A stretch of 64,000 nucleotides of DNA from Lingula anatina (taxonomy: Eukaryota; Animalia; Brachiopoda). Location of the stretch: NCBI GenBank assembly GCA_051362555.1, contig CM120644.1, forward strand, positions 8,192,954-8,256,953, written 5' to 3'. Below, piece by piece: positions 38,792-53,400 of this stretch (position 1 is its first letter; the number at the start of each line of letters is the position of its first letter). The notes beneath the pieces were generated by a model, which was not told the DNA's origin, made no database searches, and worked only from the letters and a program-made list of their open reading frames with translations. Both the position numbers and the translations under genes were made by a program.

Positions 38792-41700
38792 TCAAACTCT
38801 AGCGATTAGTTTCCTTGGGGAGCTCCCCAAGCTCCAAGACAGCGATGACGGACTCCAGGTCTTCCTGCTTCCCCAGGTCCATCTCCACTCCTGAAATGAA
38901 CAAAAAATCATACCAATGTGAAATGTGAGGTAAGGATTTGAATTCCACATAAATGACTTAGAGATAAATGAAAGTGCAATACGAAATAGAACGCGAAGAA
39001 TACAAATTACAGTTATCAAAATAATAAATAAATGAAATTAAAATAAAACATCATAATTAGGCTGAACCAAATCAAATTAAACTAAACTAGAAACCAAAAC
39101 AGCTGAGGTCGAGGTACAGTAATTCACAACTTACCCAGAACCTCCAGCTACTAATCTTGATCTTAGATCTGATTTGATACCAAGCTTGGATGTTAATTGT
39201 CATGGGGTTGTGGCCGTGGTAGAACGATAAACCAGCTCGAGGGTAAAGCCTCCCATCTCCTTCAACTAGGTAATTGACGGCAACGACGATGGAAATCCCA
39301 CCACGAACCAGTGCCTGGAATGAATGTAAGGCGCATATGTGGTGGTGTAAATTGTAATTTTAAAAGTTCTTGTTATCGATATAAATCATTACTGATATGA
39401 CCAAGTTAGCCGTCAGAGGTAAACAGCATTAAGCAAATTCTTTATTGCCGTAGAAAATGTTCTTCCAGGATTTTCTAGTAATTTAAATTGATTAAGCAAA
39501 CCTGAAATAACATCTATTTCTTCAAATAACTACAATATATCGGTATATTTAAAAGTACTATGTTGCTCTTTTGATATTTTGTTGTTACAGCTAGTAAAAT
39601 CAATTGTTAATTGTTTTTTTTTAAATATCGGTTCTCTCTCTCTCTATTTTTACAAAGTTATATAATGCGTTGTCTGAACATATTCCCACCACCTCTCTCT
39701 CTGTAATGTATATGTTTATATACTTACAGCCAAATTAGCTGTAGCACCGCCAGAGATGCGTGCACTTGCTGTGAGGGTCATCTTCAGGCATTGAGAACAG
39801 GGATTAATTGTACGAGGACAATTCCCTATCCTGACACTAAGGTCCAGACTTGGGGCCAAGGTAACGGTGAAAGAGATATAACCGACATAGATATGAATCC
39901 TATACAAGGTGATGGTTATTGGTGATGGCTTGTAAACAGGAAAAGTTTTATACAGTGGCCCAGAATGATATATATTCACCACAGTCTTCCCGTAGACATT
40001 GAGATAGACCCTTGTCCTACTGCTGCCAACCTTCAAACGATAAGCTTCTGCACTGGCGAGTGTCAGCGACTTGGAGAAGACTTTGAGTTTAGCGATTGAC
40101 TTGCCGTACAGTTTACAATACCCTCGTTGTTTATTTGTGCCAGCAAAGACACCGGACTTGATATAAACATGGGCTTTTGATGGGCCGTAACTTATGTGGG
40201 AAAGGCAGTGCTTGTTGTCCGGGTAAAGATAATTATCGCTTGAGAACTGCCATAAACTTAACAGTTCTGAATAACGTGAACCGTGGGTGCTCCAAGAACT
40301 GCAATCACGATGGTCAACTCTTCTCTTGGTGCGCGTCGAATTAGTGGTGTAGTAAGTTTTAAAAGTATTGCCAACTGGTACACCTTTTAGTTGGAAATAG
40401 TCCTTAATATCTGACAATGCGCATTCATATTTGACATCTGCCATAACAAGTGCATTGAGAAGAATTGCATCTACGTCTGTGACGCCTGAATTGGGCCATG
40501 CCTTATTTTTGGTATCCAGTGCCTTTCTGTAGGCAAGTTCGCGTTTGATAGTAACCACGGCAGCTTCACGTAATTCACAGGTAGATGTTGGACGAGTCAG
40601 TAGGTCTACTAGCCATTGCTGAACCGACTTAACGTGGAAGTTTCTTCTTAGAGCGTGGATACAGCCTATCTCTATCTCTTCCGACTGCTTTCCCTTTTTA
40701 GCGATTGCCAAAACATCCGGTATTAGTCTGTTGTCTCCAAAATTACCTATAGCCTCAAGAGCGTCACTGATTTGCTCCGTGTCGTTATTTTTGTCGCCTG
40801 ATTGAAGATGGCGTCGAAGAAGATCAACTAATTCTGACCGGAAACCAGTACTGGTAGTTTCCTTCGAGGCGAGGGAGCCGAGGGTAAGTATGACGTGACT
40901 TTGGGATGGATCGCCTTGAGAGAATAGCGTGTTCCAGAGTGTCTTGACTGTGGTTAAGATGTGTTTTGTGGGTTTGGCAATAAAGGACAACTTCTGAACC
41001 AGTTCCTGTTTTTGATCGGCTGAAAGTGGGTGAGACAATACCAGATCCGACAAAGTCTAGAAAAAAAGTGTGACTTTGTGATAGTTGTTATGAAAAATCT
41101 ATAATCTATGATTATACGTTAACGGCTCCAATGGTACGTTTGTCATCCTTTTTTAAACTAAAACATGTTCACCTTCATTTGCACCTTCATTTTTCACGTT
41201 GTGTGCGGCCACACAATGTCTCTTTTGTACAGTATGGTTAACATTTTTACCCGATACCACTGAAGACGAAAATATTAAATTTAAATCAAGTTTAAAAGTC
41301 ACTCCAAACTTATAACAAAAGTGATATTTGCGTATATATCATGTTACCTGCTCGACTTCCTTGCCACCAGCGGTGATGTAAAGATCTAAAATTTCTTTGC
41401 AAATTTCCCAGTTTGCTGAACACTTGGAAACCATCTAAAATGTACATGGGTGTATTTGTTAAGTGGTTTACCTTAGGTGTATTGACAAAACTTCCATGTA
41501 AAACCCATTTAAAGTCTAAGTTTAATAATTTCGTTCCTGAGAGCATCGTATCTAAATATATATAAATTGTCTTTCATACATATTTAAATATTGCCAAAAA
41601 GTAAAAGGAATGTAAATACGCTAAACCAGAGCTGACTAACATTACTGTTTTTATGAAAAATATAATTTACGAATAAAGATCACATCAGTTTATCGGTACT

Positions 41701-44050
41701 GTAAAATGCAATCGTCTACATGTATGTTAAGAAGATTTCCTGATATTAATGACGACACCCAGAAAATCGGGCTTTAACTGCTATGTAAATTGAAACTACT
41801 AATTGCTGGTTAAAAATATTATAAAACGGTAACCTCTTTTGTAGCTGGTATCAGTTGCTTAACCAAGGCCGGTTTGTTGGCGGCTGCAGAGGTTGCGGTG
41901 TTGTGTGGCATCCCGAGTTCATTTTCCAGAGAAAGGATTTCGTTCACTTCGTATACTGCAACAAAAATCTGGTCAATTTATGAGGTTCTGTAAGTTTGAC
42001 ATTGATAGTTCGAGCATTAGCCCCAGAGAAAGCTTCCTAGCCCCACGTTGTCATTCAAACAGAAACATACAGCAAGCAAAATGAGTTAAAATCCATTTTC
42101 ACTGATACGCCTTACATATATGCATAATGATAAATAAGCATAAATGTTTAATAAATAAATAAGCAGTATTCTCATGTACGACATTTGAATACGCAAGGGC
42201 ACGTATTATGATTCTGAGTATCCTTTTCATCCAAAGTTGTCGCTATACCAAATGTCAAAGAGTTTACAGATATTTCAACTGTGTTTAGATAGTAACCATC
42301 GTTCTAAGAGATCGACTGTTTGAATTAATGCGTACATTTCGAGGCATCTGTTGGATCCTTTGTGAAGGCTGTCACGTCTTGACTTAACTTATCCTCTTCG
42401 TCGAACTTTTTCCTCAAAACAGTCCATCTTTGGTACACACCAGACACTAAAATAGGAGCAATAAAGAACAGTACGCCACACCCAGTTAAATCATTTGTAA
42501 TTAAAATTAATACAAATATGTTTAAGCTGTTTTCAATCAACCTTCATAGCAACTTAACGCAATATCCAATCAATCATTTGCAGTATTTTTTTTTTTAATT
42601 TTAATTTGCATATTTAAGCTACATGTACTACACTTACCCTTGTCGTACTGTCCTACCAAGGATCTTTTCTGAAATCGAGCGCTGGCAGCCGCTTCCATTC
42701 TTTGAACGCCCTCAACGGAACGCTTTACGTGCCTACGCAAGGTCAACGCGAAGGTCACGTTAGAGGTCAAATATGCCCCAAGATCAATATTGCCACCTTC
42801 CCCAGGGTTGATACCAGTGTCATCCTGGAGAAAAATATTAAAGCTGTTATATTTTAATACACGCAAAATTATAACCATGCATCTTTTGCGATAAAATTTG
42901 TGCCATATGGATGGCAGACTCTTCATTTTTTTCTTATTAAATCAGTTTTATTTATCTCTACTTTATTTTGCTACCGTTATTTAGGCAGATAAAAAATCAA
43001 TCGAGTGTAAGTTCAGTTTTACACGTAGTCACATGCGGTACAAGAACATATCTTGATGGGTTTCCAAAAAGTGACGGAACTGCAGAACTACCAATAGCTA
43101 CAGGAACTGTTTCCCCTCACACTTCACATTAATTAATTAATGAAGCATACCTCGTTATACATACTGTGCTGCTATATCAAATCATATCTACCTGGACCTC
43201 GGGTTTGTCAAACACTTGCACGTGTCCGGAGACGCTGGTCAGTATACCTCCACTAACACGCTGGACTTCATCTGTCTCGATGTCCACTTCGTCGGTGTCC
43301 ATGTCAGTATTATCGTCTACATAGATGTCCTTGGATGAAAAGTGTTTCTTAATTTGTATTTCGCCAAATTGCAGCTCCGTTGTCCTAGGATTGATAATGG
43401 TAATTTAATGGTTAGAATTTCGATACGTTATGAACTTCATTAGACCAACAGCACTGATAAACTAGAGCGCATAAAACTCCCGCCAATGCAGCCCACTTCT
43501 CATTATTATTAACAATTCATTACTGATTAATGAATTAATTTTCAATTAATCACTGCCAAAATATAGCCAATTCCTGACCTTTCCTGAAATTTCCATCAGT
43601 CTCTCCATAAAGTTTTACATAATGTTGCTGACAGACAGCCAGACGGACGCACGGACGGAAAACCAGACAGACGTACGGATGGACAGACAGACAGACAGAC
43701 GGATGGACGGACGGGCAGACAGACAGTCACTTTTACAGCTAGGTATTGACCATTTATTCTTAAATAGTGTATGATCACTCTGAAGTTAACACATGTTTTC
43801 CTTTTTCTGTTGAAAATTTTATCAAACCACTTCTGAGATAGGCTGGTAATAAGCAAATTAACGGAGAGACAGACAGACAGACAGACACTGAAATGCACGC
43901 AAGCGGACAGTAGATCGCAGACGAAAACATACATGTCATTTCTTTGTTGGGGATAATAAAAGACACATAAATTAATTTAATAAGACAACCGATACTATAT
44001 GTATAGTAAACAAACAAACACTGAAGTCTTATACATGTAATAATAATAAC

Positions 44051-44099
<49 letters not shown>

Positions 44100-44130
44100 C
44101 AACTACTACTACTACTACTACTACTACATG

Positions 44131-44180
<50 letters not shown>

Positions 44181-46230
44181 ATAATTATAATAATAATAAA
44201 TATTTGATATCGGAGTAACTTACTAAAATGTATTAATTATTTACTGCTAAAAACTATATCCAATTGCTTAACTTAAACGTTCTGAAAGACTATCATTTTT
44301 TTGTCTGTTTCGGTACGTAATTTCTGTAGTTTTTCATCTTTTTCTGTCTTACTTATAATTTTTGTTTTCCCTTCATCATGTAATTTGCACATTAATGGCA
44401 CATAAAACCCAGTTAACTTACCTATAACGCGAATTGTGTGTCCCCATGACGTCTGTCTCTATGACATTTTCTTTGTCACGGACCAAATTCGTTTGAAGTG
44501 CCGATAAAATGGAGCGCTTGAAATTCATGACATTTATTTTCCCTGAAACAAATGTAAAAGGTTATAGCAAGAAGTTCTGTTAAGAGCAGATTAAAATGTA
44601 AATATACAGAACAGATACCCACTTTAAAGAACGTGACGCATTCATGTAATTACTGTTCGATCCAGATTTTAGTGCATGTTACGAGGAAGGGGGAAAGACA
44701 GGTTATATCCAGAAAGAGATATGTGTAACGTGTGGAAACATCTGATCGAAACGCCTAACCTAAATCTTTCTTGGTAAACCTAGCCTCGGCAATAGTTCCG
44801 TTCCCCAGTTGAACAAACCAGGTAGGCTGGTCATATAGGTCGTCAGCAGACAGGGGAGCCTCGGACTGGGAGGTCGTGCTGAAATGAGTATTTTTGAAAT
44901 CAGTGCCAAAATATTATCCCACGCATACGACTAAGTATTTACATGAGCTTGGTTTTGATTAATTATTTTACCATTCTGATAGGCCACGTCACAACATCCA
45001 AACCCAAAATTGAAAAAGAAACAACTTTGTGATGAACAGATGCCCTACTAAAAGAACGTCTTAAGCTACAAAAATGTCACGTATGCTTAAGTACGTTAAG
45101 TGTTGCAACATTAACTGAGATGTAATTAAGCTGGTGATATGGTCCTTACCCATTTCCCTTAATCACTTGCACAAAAACATTATGCATAAACATAAGGAAG
45201 GACGAAGCATTTCCGTCTATGTAGTTTCCAAAGCCACCTGGAAATCATGGAATGCATTTTAAAACATATTACCCCAACACTGTGTACATGTAGGTAATGC
45301 TGCCAGAAATGCCCATTAATATTACCGTTCGTAAAGCAATAATATACATGTACTTAGATACTTTGCTGGTACATTCAATGAATAAGTTATTAAACTGTTA
45401 CTAAAATGAGTAAAATAAATCTTCTGTTATAAATGTATAGTAAAATATGTTAATTATAACACAAGAAATCAAATGGTAAAAAGTACAAAAAGTAAAAACA
45501 TTATGCAGAACGTAAACGCAGTAGTATTTTTTAAATAAACATCAATTCAATGGGGAGTGTTTAAGAGATAAAGCACATGCGGAGTGAGTTAATTATCCAT
45601 ATAAAGTGTTACGGTTACCTCCAATATACTCCACATCTACATCAGCCGAGATGTGAAATATTTCCTCTGCCGGGCCAAACAGTTTTGCCTCGCTTTCATA
45701 GTAGTAATGGAGAGTTGTTCCCTGAAAAACCAAGAAAATGCGCGTTATTTTTTTCTGTCTGTGGATTCACTCATATTTTTTCCAGGCTGTAAAATTAAGA
45801 ATTAACGACGATTTAAATATGTCATAAAGGAAGCGGGTAGCCCGGAATACATAATAATAATAATAATATTAATAATAATAATAATAATAAATAAATAAAT
45901 AAATAAATAATATAATATATATTCGCTTCACTCTATACAGTTTATTTATCATTTCTCCATGCATCCCAGAGGAGCCGGAGACTTTAAAGGAGGGACTGTG
46001 ATAGAATAATGTCTCTAAAATTGTTCAAGGACCGCTAACAAAAGTATTACGTATAATTATTTAATATAAACATTATTGAAAAATGAAGAAAGTAGCGAAA
46101 ATAGAAAACATCCGAGTATAGTTTTGAGAAATGAAAATATTATAGGTTACATGTTATTAAATATTTTTTAAACTTTAAGTTGTGAAACTCAAACTCGCCT
46201 AAAAACAATTAACAAGTATTTCAGAAAATT

Positions 46231-46266
<36 letters not shown>

Positions 46267-46416
46267 TATAAACCTCACAAGACTAAGTACACTTACTTGC
46301 AAACCAGCCTTATGCTGCGCAGACGAATCCTTCGACACGTAGTCCTCCTGGTTCTTGCTTAAGGTAGGCCGCGCCAGAGCAACAACGAGGTACAGGTAAA
46401 GAACATATAACCTCAT
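38792..46416 (-). CDS. Paralogue C: secreted vitellogenin-N/LLT-domain protein, 952 aa, lacks terminal Cys
   Basis: Exons: 46416-46297, 45721-45619, 45237-45150, 44878-44760, 44542-44422, 43384-43192, 42824-42638, 42446-42336, 41955-41834, 41434-41348, 41056-39728, 39314-39135, 38890-38792 = 2859 nt. Signal peptide MRLYVLYLYLVVALARPTLS; RTKRR site; ends ...LIARV*. Confidence 0.88.
43460..43960 (+). mobile_element. Probable Helentron/DINE-1-like non-autonomous element with (GACA/GACG)n tracts in intron 6 of C
   Basis: Starts AACTAGAG...CCCGCCAA, has two GACR microsatellite tracts, ends TTGGGGATAATAA; absent from the other paralogues. Confidence 0.4.
44038..44200. repeat. Compound (TAA)n/(CTA)n microsatellite
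   Basis: Read directly. Confidence 0.9.
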
Positions 46417-46790
46417 CTTCTTGATTAACACGTGACTCGAAAGTAAACGATGTGGAATAATGACTGCAAAAAATACTAAAATACTAAATAATTTAAAAAC
46501 GTGCATCATATAAACGATGAAAAAAATAACCAAATTCATACCTGTCCCCGAAATGTTTTTAAAAAGTGTTTTATGGATTTTCGTTGATTACGTAATTGAA
46601 AGTACATGCTCAAATGAAGATATTTACAGAGTCGAGTAGGAAAACGGCTCTAATGATATGACACATTTATTAAATAAGAAAAATCTGGCAGATGAAAATA
46701 TGGGCAACAACAACAGCAACGACAATGATTATAATATTAATGAATAAAGGAAGAAAGAATGAATGAACAAAAGGAACCATAACCACTTAC

Positions 46791-46862
46791 CAGCTCCAGA
46801 TTCTGCCTTCTTTCCCGCAGGGCCTCAATATCTAGTGTGCTCCTGTGCCCGCTCTTTTTATA
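46791..46862 (-). promoter_or_regulatory. TATA box and non-coding exon 1 of paralogue C
   Basis: TATAAAAA at 46862-46855; donor CTG|GTAAGT at 46791/46790. Confidence 0.65.
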
Positions 46863-47962
46863 CACTTCACTAAGAAACTTACTCATTTAACAGAGGCCTA
46901 ATTTATTTTAATTAGACAATGCATTTCCTTGTTTACCTGTACCAATATTAATTGTAATTCACTTCATTAATGCTATCTGTGAAAATGATTTCCTTGGACA
47001 GATTAACCCACAGGGACGTGCAAAGACGTGTTAAGACAACATCCCATTTGAGATCTACACTGTACAGGCACGAGGCGCTCCATGAATAAAACACATACAA
47101 CCAGCTCTGTGCTAATACAACGAAAACATCTTAACTGTCAATTTATCTCAGTGAATGATCGTGAAAGTTATTTCCGGGTAAGATCCCATGCAAAAAAAGG
47201 CTTTGTTATTTTTACTATAAACATCATATTTTGTTACTTATAAATGCTTCATTGTTTTTCCTTCAAGGCTCCTTCTTGATCTGTTATGTGTGTGTGGCTT
47301 TTTCCATTCTTATACTCCTTGACCATTTGAGTTGACTTTTTAAAATTTAAAAACAAATAGACAAATGAATATATATAAAAAGACAAAAAAAAAATCAATG
47401 TGATCAGAATAGACACGTTGAAGGGGAAAAATTCTATAAGCAAATTTGACAAAACATCCTTCAACCAAAATCAATATGAAAGATATACAATTTTAACTGC
47501 ACATCATGAAGGTGTTTTTCATATGTAAAGCTTAATCACTGACGTGGTGAAGCAAGTATAAAATCCAACACACGGGTCCAATGTGCACGTTCAAATAAAC
47601 ACGAAGGGTTAAAAGAAAAAAGGTTGAATGGAAAACGTTCAGTCTGAATAAATAATGAGAATAAAGTAAAATAATCAGATAATGTTTTCCTTTTGATCGG
47701 GTTTTTAAACATTCGAAGTAATTTATATTCATTTATGTATTTTTCGAAAATGTTTTCCTTGTATTTGCTATTTTAGTTTCCTTTCTTCCTCATTAGTAAA
47801 CCAAAGCAATGTATATATGTAAATTAAAAACCACAGAATGATCTGATGGACAATTAACTAGTTTCTCTTTAATATTCAATAGGCTGCTTTATGAATGTTA
47901 AAAAATTTAAATTGTGAGAGAGAGAGAGAGAGAGAGATTCTTTGTAGTCCAGCCATCTGTAC

Positions 47963-47970
47963 TGACGTCA
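47963..47970. promoter_or_regulatory. Perfect CRE palindrome TGACGTCA about 1.1 kb upstream of paralogue C
   Basis: ACTGACGTCAC is conserved at the homologous position upstream of D (58703-58710). Confidence 0.4.
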
Positions 47971-49615
47971 CCTAAAATAACACGGAACTTACTGCTACTT
48001 TTGACTGATGTCATGTCATATTTCTGATGCTGCGTTGGAAATCGGCCTTCACAATAAATTACTTGTTATGTGTTAATTTTTGGAATTTCTGTTTAGATAA
48101 TCTCAGTTTACAGTGGCATAACATAGGGAATCAAAAGCCGTTTTCTTCAATTTTTACAGATAAACGTGCTTAGTTTAAATCACTTCTGTTTTTCGTAAAA
48201 TATTTTTGGCAATGCTTCCTCCCTGCTAGCAGTAAATCCTGTACGGCTGGTTACCCGACTGTTTAGAGAAAAATAAATTATAAGAAAAAAGTATCAGATG
48301 CAAGGGGATTTATTGTATTCACTCCTAATTACATTTATACGTGAACCATAGCATGGTTTCATTTAGACAAGAGATAAAATCAATTAAATCGGAATATATA
48401 AAATAAAAATATTGACGACGAGAAACTATCAGTACGTGTAAATGCATAGATAGATATAGATATACAGTGTTGAAATTCTACATATTGGTACTATACACAT
48501 CACATGTTAAAGTGTATATTGGGAATTTGTCTTTAAGTCATGTGATCGTGACATATCTTTAGATAGTCCTAACAACCTGGTAAACTCCGAAATCGCTCAC
48601 CAGGTGTCGCTTTTTACCAACAAAATGTTTTGCAATTCATGAATTTGCCTTAATCTTTTATACTTGCCAATATATATTTTTAAAATAATTTTATCAAATA
48701 GTTAATCCATTTGACTGTTCCACTGTGTCTATACATTCACCCAACACTTCACGATATTCTACATTACACAATGAGCAGATGATGATCTGCTAATTGACTC
48801 CTCTAAAAGTTAGAAAATAGATTCTTCATAGAATATTTAAAATTCAAACTTTTAGCCACCCCAATATCTTATTTATTAAAAGGGTCCTTCATCTAAGAAT
48901 GGGGCCATAGGTGTCGTACTGGCTTCTACCTGGGTATGCAATTACTCACCGAATCCCACTAAATCAGTATTGTTAACGTTTACTAAATTTCTACAGAGAG
49001 TATTCTGAATGATTATGTAAATCAAATAAAACAGATTCACGATTGTAAAATCTGTAACTCTTGATCCAATTTTTTCCCTTTATGAATGATATTTTAAGCA
49101 TGCTCAAATGACACTTGTATATGAAAATAACTAAAAAATAAATGAAGAATGATTAATTAACGACCAAATAAAATATTGATCCATTGCCTACCAAGTTAAA
49201 GTATTGTTGTATTTAGCATTCGTAACATCAGTTGTTAAATAATAAGAAACAAATCAAGCGACCTATCATTAAAAACGAAGGATTCTATACAAAATATTTC
49301 CATATAATAAAAGAAATAAGTGGTATGCATGAAAAACAAATCATTCCGACAGTATCCTTCAGGGCCTGAATGAACTACAAAAGTTATTTGCTTAGTTTCA
49401 AAAACATTACTAAAAAGCTAAGATTAACAGAAACAGCCCGCGTCTGTTCTGTGATCTAGATATCTATGTGATTAACGCAAACCCGTGATGCACGCCCATG
49501 TACACACACAAACACACATGTACACGTACATGCATGTGCGAAAACGTCTATTAGACACATAATAATATCTTGAGACTAAGTCCAGAACTTTGTGTAATTC
49601 ATATAACAAACTTGC

Positions 49616-50366
49616 CTAGCATCTGCCCGCTCTAGCGATGAGTCTTCTACTAGATTTTCCCAGGCTCCAAGACAGCGACGATGGTCTCCACGTCTTTCTG
49701 TTTCCCCAGGTCCATCTCCACTTCTAATATGAAATGAGTCATAATAGAATTAATGATTAAACGAAATCAGAACAATAATAAAACAAATAATAAACATGAC
49801 AAATCTTATAAAAACCTTAAGTTATTTAAAACGATTTAAGCCGTGCCGAATCAAATTAAATTGAACTGAACTTTAAATTAAACCACTTGAAAACTCACCC
49901 AAAATCGCCAGCCTCTAATCTTAAACTTAGAACGTATCTGATACCAAGCTTGTATGTTAATCTTCATGGGGTCGTGACCGTGGTAGATCGAGAAACAAAT
50001 GCCAGGGTAGAGCTTCCCCTCTCCTTCAATTAGGTAATTGAGGGTGACACCGACGTCAATCCCGCCGCGAACCAGTGCCTGGAACGAATGCGCGAATTGT
50101 CTGTATTGGAATAATCTCACCTTAATCTACATAGTATCCAGACGATGATATCAAGTATTAATGCTACAGCCAGAGCTTTGTTCAGAGGTTAAAACCGATT
50201 TTACACTACAAAAATTGTTTATAATAATTTTGTAATACCTTAAATTAATTGAACTAGCATACCTTATTTTGGTGTTTATTCCACCAAACATATACAGTAA
50301 ATACTGCCTTGATAGTAACAGATATACCTTTAAATAGAAACCCTCTGGTTTTCGTTTCAAACAAAT

Positions 50367-50427
<61 letters not shown>

Positions 50428-53400
50428 AGCCAAACTAGCAGATGCACCACCAGAAATACGGACACCTGCTTTGAGCGTCATCGTCAGACAATGGGAGCAG
50501 GGATCTGTTGAACGAGAACAGAACCCTGCCCTGACACTGAAGTCCACAGTTGGAGCCAAGGTAATGGTGACGGAGATTTTGGCCACATAGATATAAAACC
50601 GGAACACGGTGATGGTTTTTGGTGATGGTCTGTAAATGGGGTAGTTTTTGTATAGTGGGCCGGACTGATATATGTTCACCACAGTCTTCCCATAGACGTG
50701 GAGATAGACCTTTGTCCTACTGCTGCTAGCCTTATAACGATAGACTTCAGCGGTTGCGAGTGTGAGGGTTTTAGAGAAGACTTTGATTTTAGCTACAGAC
50801 TTGCCGTACACTTTACAGTGTCCTCGTCTTTTATCTATACCAGCAAAGACGCCGGACTTGACATAGACATGAGCTTTCGAAGGACCGTAACTGATGTGGG
50901 AAAGGCAGTGCTTATTGTCTGGGTACAGGGAATTATCACTCGAGAACTGCCCTGAACTTAATAAATCTGAATACCGTGAACCGTGGGTACTCCAAGAACT
51001 GCAGCTAGTATGGTCAACTCCTCTCTTGGTGCGTGTGGAATTCACCATCTCGTAAGTTTCAGTATGAGTACCAATTGATACACCTTTAAGTTGCAGATAC
51101 TCCTTAATGTCTGAAAATGCGCATTCATATTTAGCATCTGCCATAAAAAGTGCATTGAGAAGAATAGTGTCTATGTCTGTGAGGCCTGAATTGGGCCATG
51201 CCTTATTTTTGGTATCCAGGGCCTTTCTGTAGGCAAGTTCGCCTTTGATGGTCATAACAGCAGCTTCGCGTAATTCACAGGTGGATGTCGGACGAGTCAG
51301 CAGATCTACTAGCCATTGCTGAACCGACTCAACGTGGAAGTTTCTTCTCAGAGCGTGGATACAGCCTATCTCTATCTCTTCCACTTGTCCTTCTTTTTTG
51401 GCAATTGCTAATACATCTTGTGTAAGTCTATTGTCGCCAAAGTTACCTATAGCCTCAAGAGCGTCACTGATTTGTTCTGTGTTGTTATTTTTGTCGCCTG
51501 ATTGAAGATGTCTTCGAAGAAGATCCACCAATTCTGAACGGAAATCCTTGCTGGTAGTTTCCTTGGAGGCGAGGGAGCCGAGGGTAAGTATGGCGTGACT
51601 TTGGGATGGATCGCCTTGAGAGGACAGCGTGTTCCAGAGTGTCTTGACTGTGGTTAAGATGTGGTTTGTGGGTTTGGCAATAAAGGACAACTTCTGAACC
51701 AGTTCCTGCTTTTGCTCGGTTGATAGTGGGTGAGACAGGACCAGATCCGACAGAATCTAGAAAAGACAAGGTATGTGTCTGTGCTACGCGTTATATAAGT
51801 TTTAGTCTAAAATTCTACACAGTTTAACGTCTGTCATCCTTTTTCAAGCCACAAATGTAAGGCATGTTTGATATTTAGGTAAATGATCATTATATACGTT
51901 TGTGCATTTTCAGAGATTTAATTAAACATGTGCAAGATAACAGTCAACTAGAGTAGAAGAGAAAATAGTTTACTAGTTATTCCAAAGTTATAGCAATAAA
52001 TAATACTTTGCTGATTCTAAACGTTACCTTTTCGACATCTTTGCCGCCTGCAGTGATGTGAAGATCCAAAATTTCTTTGCAAATTTCCCAATTTTCCGAA
52101 CACTTGGAAACCACCTAAAACGTACAAGTCATATATCGCCTATAAGAAACCATTTGCTGTATACATTTTTGCATTAAGAAAACGTTATACAAAAACCCAC
52201 CCATTCTGAAAAGAATATATGTAGAAAAGCATAAAAATGTTGTTTTTGCAAGTATTCAAACATGTATTTAAAAATAGAAAGATTAGTAAAGTCTTTTTAA
52301 TAATTAAGCTATTAAAGTAATAATAATAATAATAACAATAATAATAATAATAATAATCTCATGAATAATCGGAAACAATCTTGTCAGTTTCCTAGGTATT
52401 GAATACAACAAAGTGGTGTTTTTATCTGGCTATCACTACTGTGTCAAATGAAAACCAAAACTAACACATTTCATAAAGTGTTATTAAAGACAAACCTCTT
52501 TTGTAACTTGTATCAGTTGCTTAACCAGGGCTGGTGTGTTGGCGGCTGCAGAGGTTGCAGTGTTGTGTGGCATCCCGAGTTCATTTTCCAGAGAAAGGAT
52601 TTCGTTCACTTCGTACACTGTAACAAAAATCATTTTCAACCGTGTTCCCAATATGTACGTGCGACAATAAATAATAGTTATCTACTATATTAAAATATTC
52701 ATTGATGTATAGTATGTCTAAGATTATGATTTTTAACCACAAATATTGAGCCTTTTAATAATGTTGGTAACTGTATAACTGCACGTCTCTTAATTAAATA
52801 ATAAAATAACGCAAAATTACATACATTTTGACGGATCTGTTGGATCTTTCATAAAGTTTGTCACATCTTGACTTAGCTTATCTTCTTCATCGAACTTTTT
52901 CCTCAGAATAGTCCATCTTTGGTACACACCAGACACTGAAATAGGGATCACACAATGTAGCACACGACAGTATGTAAAATAAAGTAGATACATAATTTCG
53001 TTATCAAGATATATAGGAAAAAACTTTCAATAGACACACTTATTAATGGTGCATGCAAAAATCAGAAAGTGTGCTTGGTATCTTCTCTGAAGTAAAACGT
53101 TGAGCAACGGTATTTTAGGTCAAGGAAACAGGACCTTATGTGTCCCCCTTTAGCTCCAGTCTTCTACTTGTCTCTCTCTCCCTCCCTCCCCAAAAAGAAT
53201 ATGTTACGATAGGAAGCAATGTAACTAGGACATTTTGTACATCTACTGCACTTACCCTGGTCATACTGTCCAACCAAGGACCGTTTCTGGAATTGTGCGT
53301 TGGCCACTGCTTCCATTCTTTGAACGCCTTCAACGGAACGCTTAACGTGCTTACGCAAGGTCAAGGTAAAGGTCACGTTAGAGGTCAAATATACCCCAAG

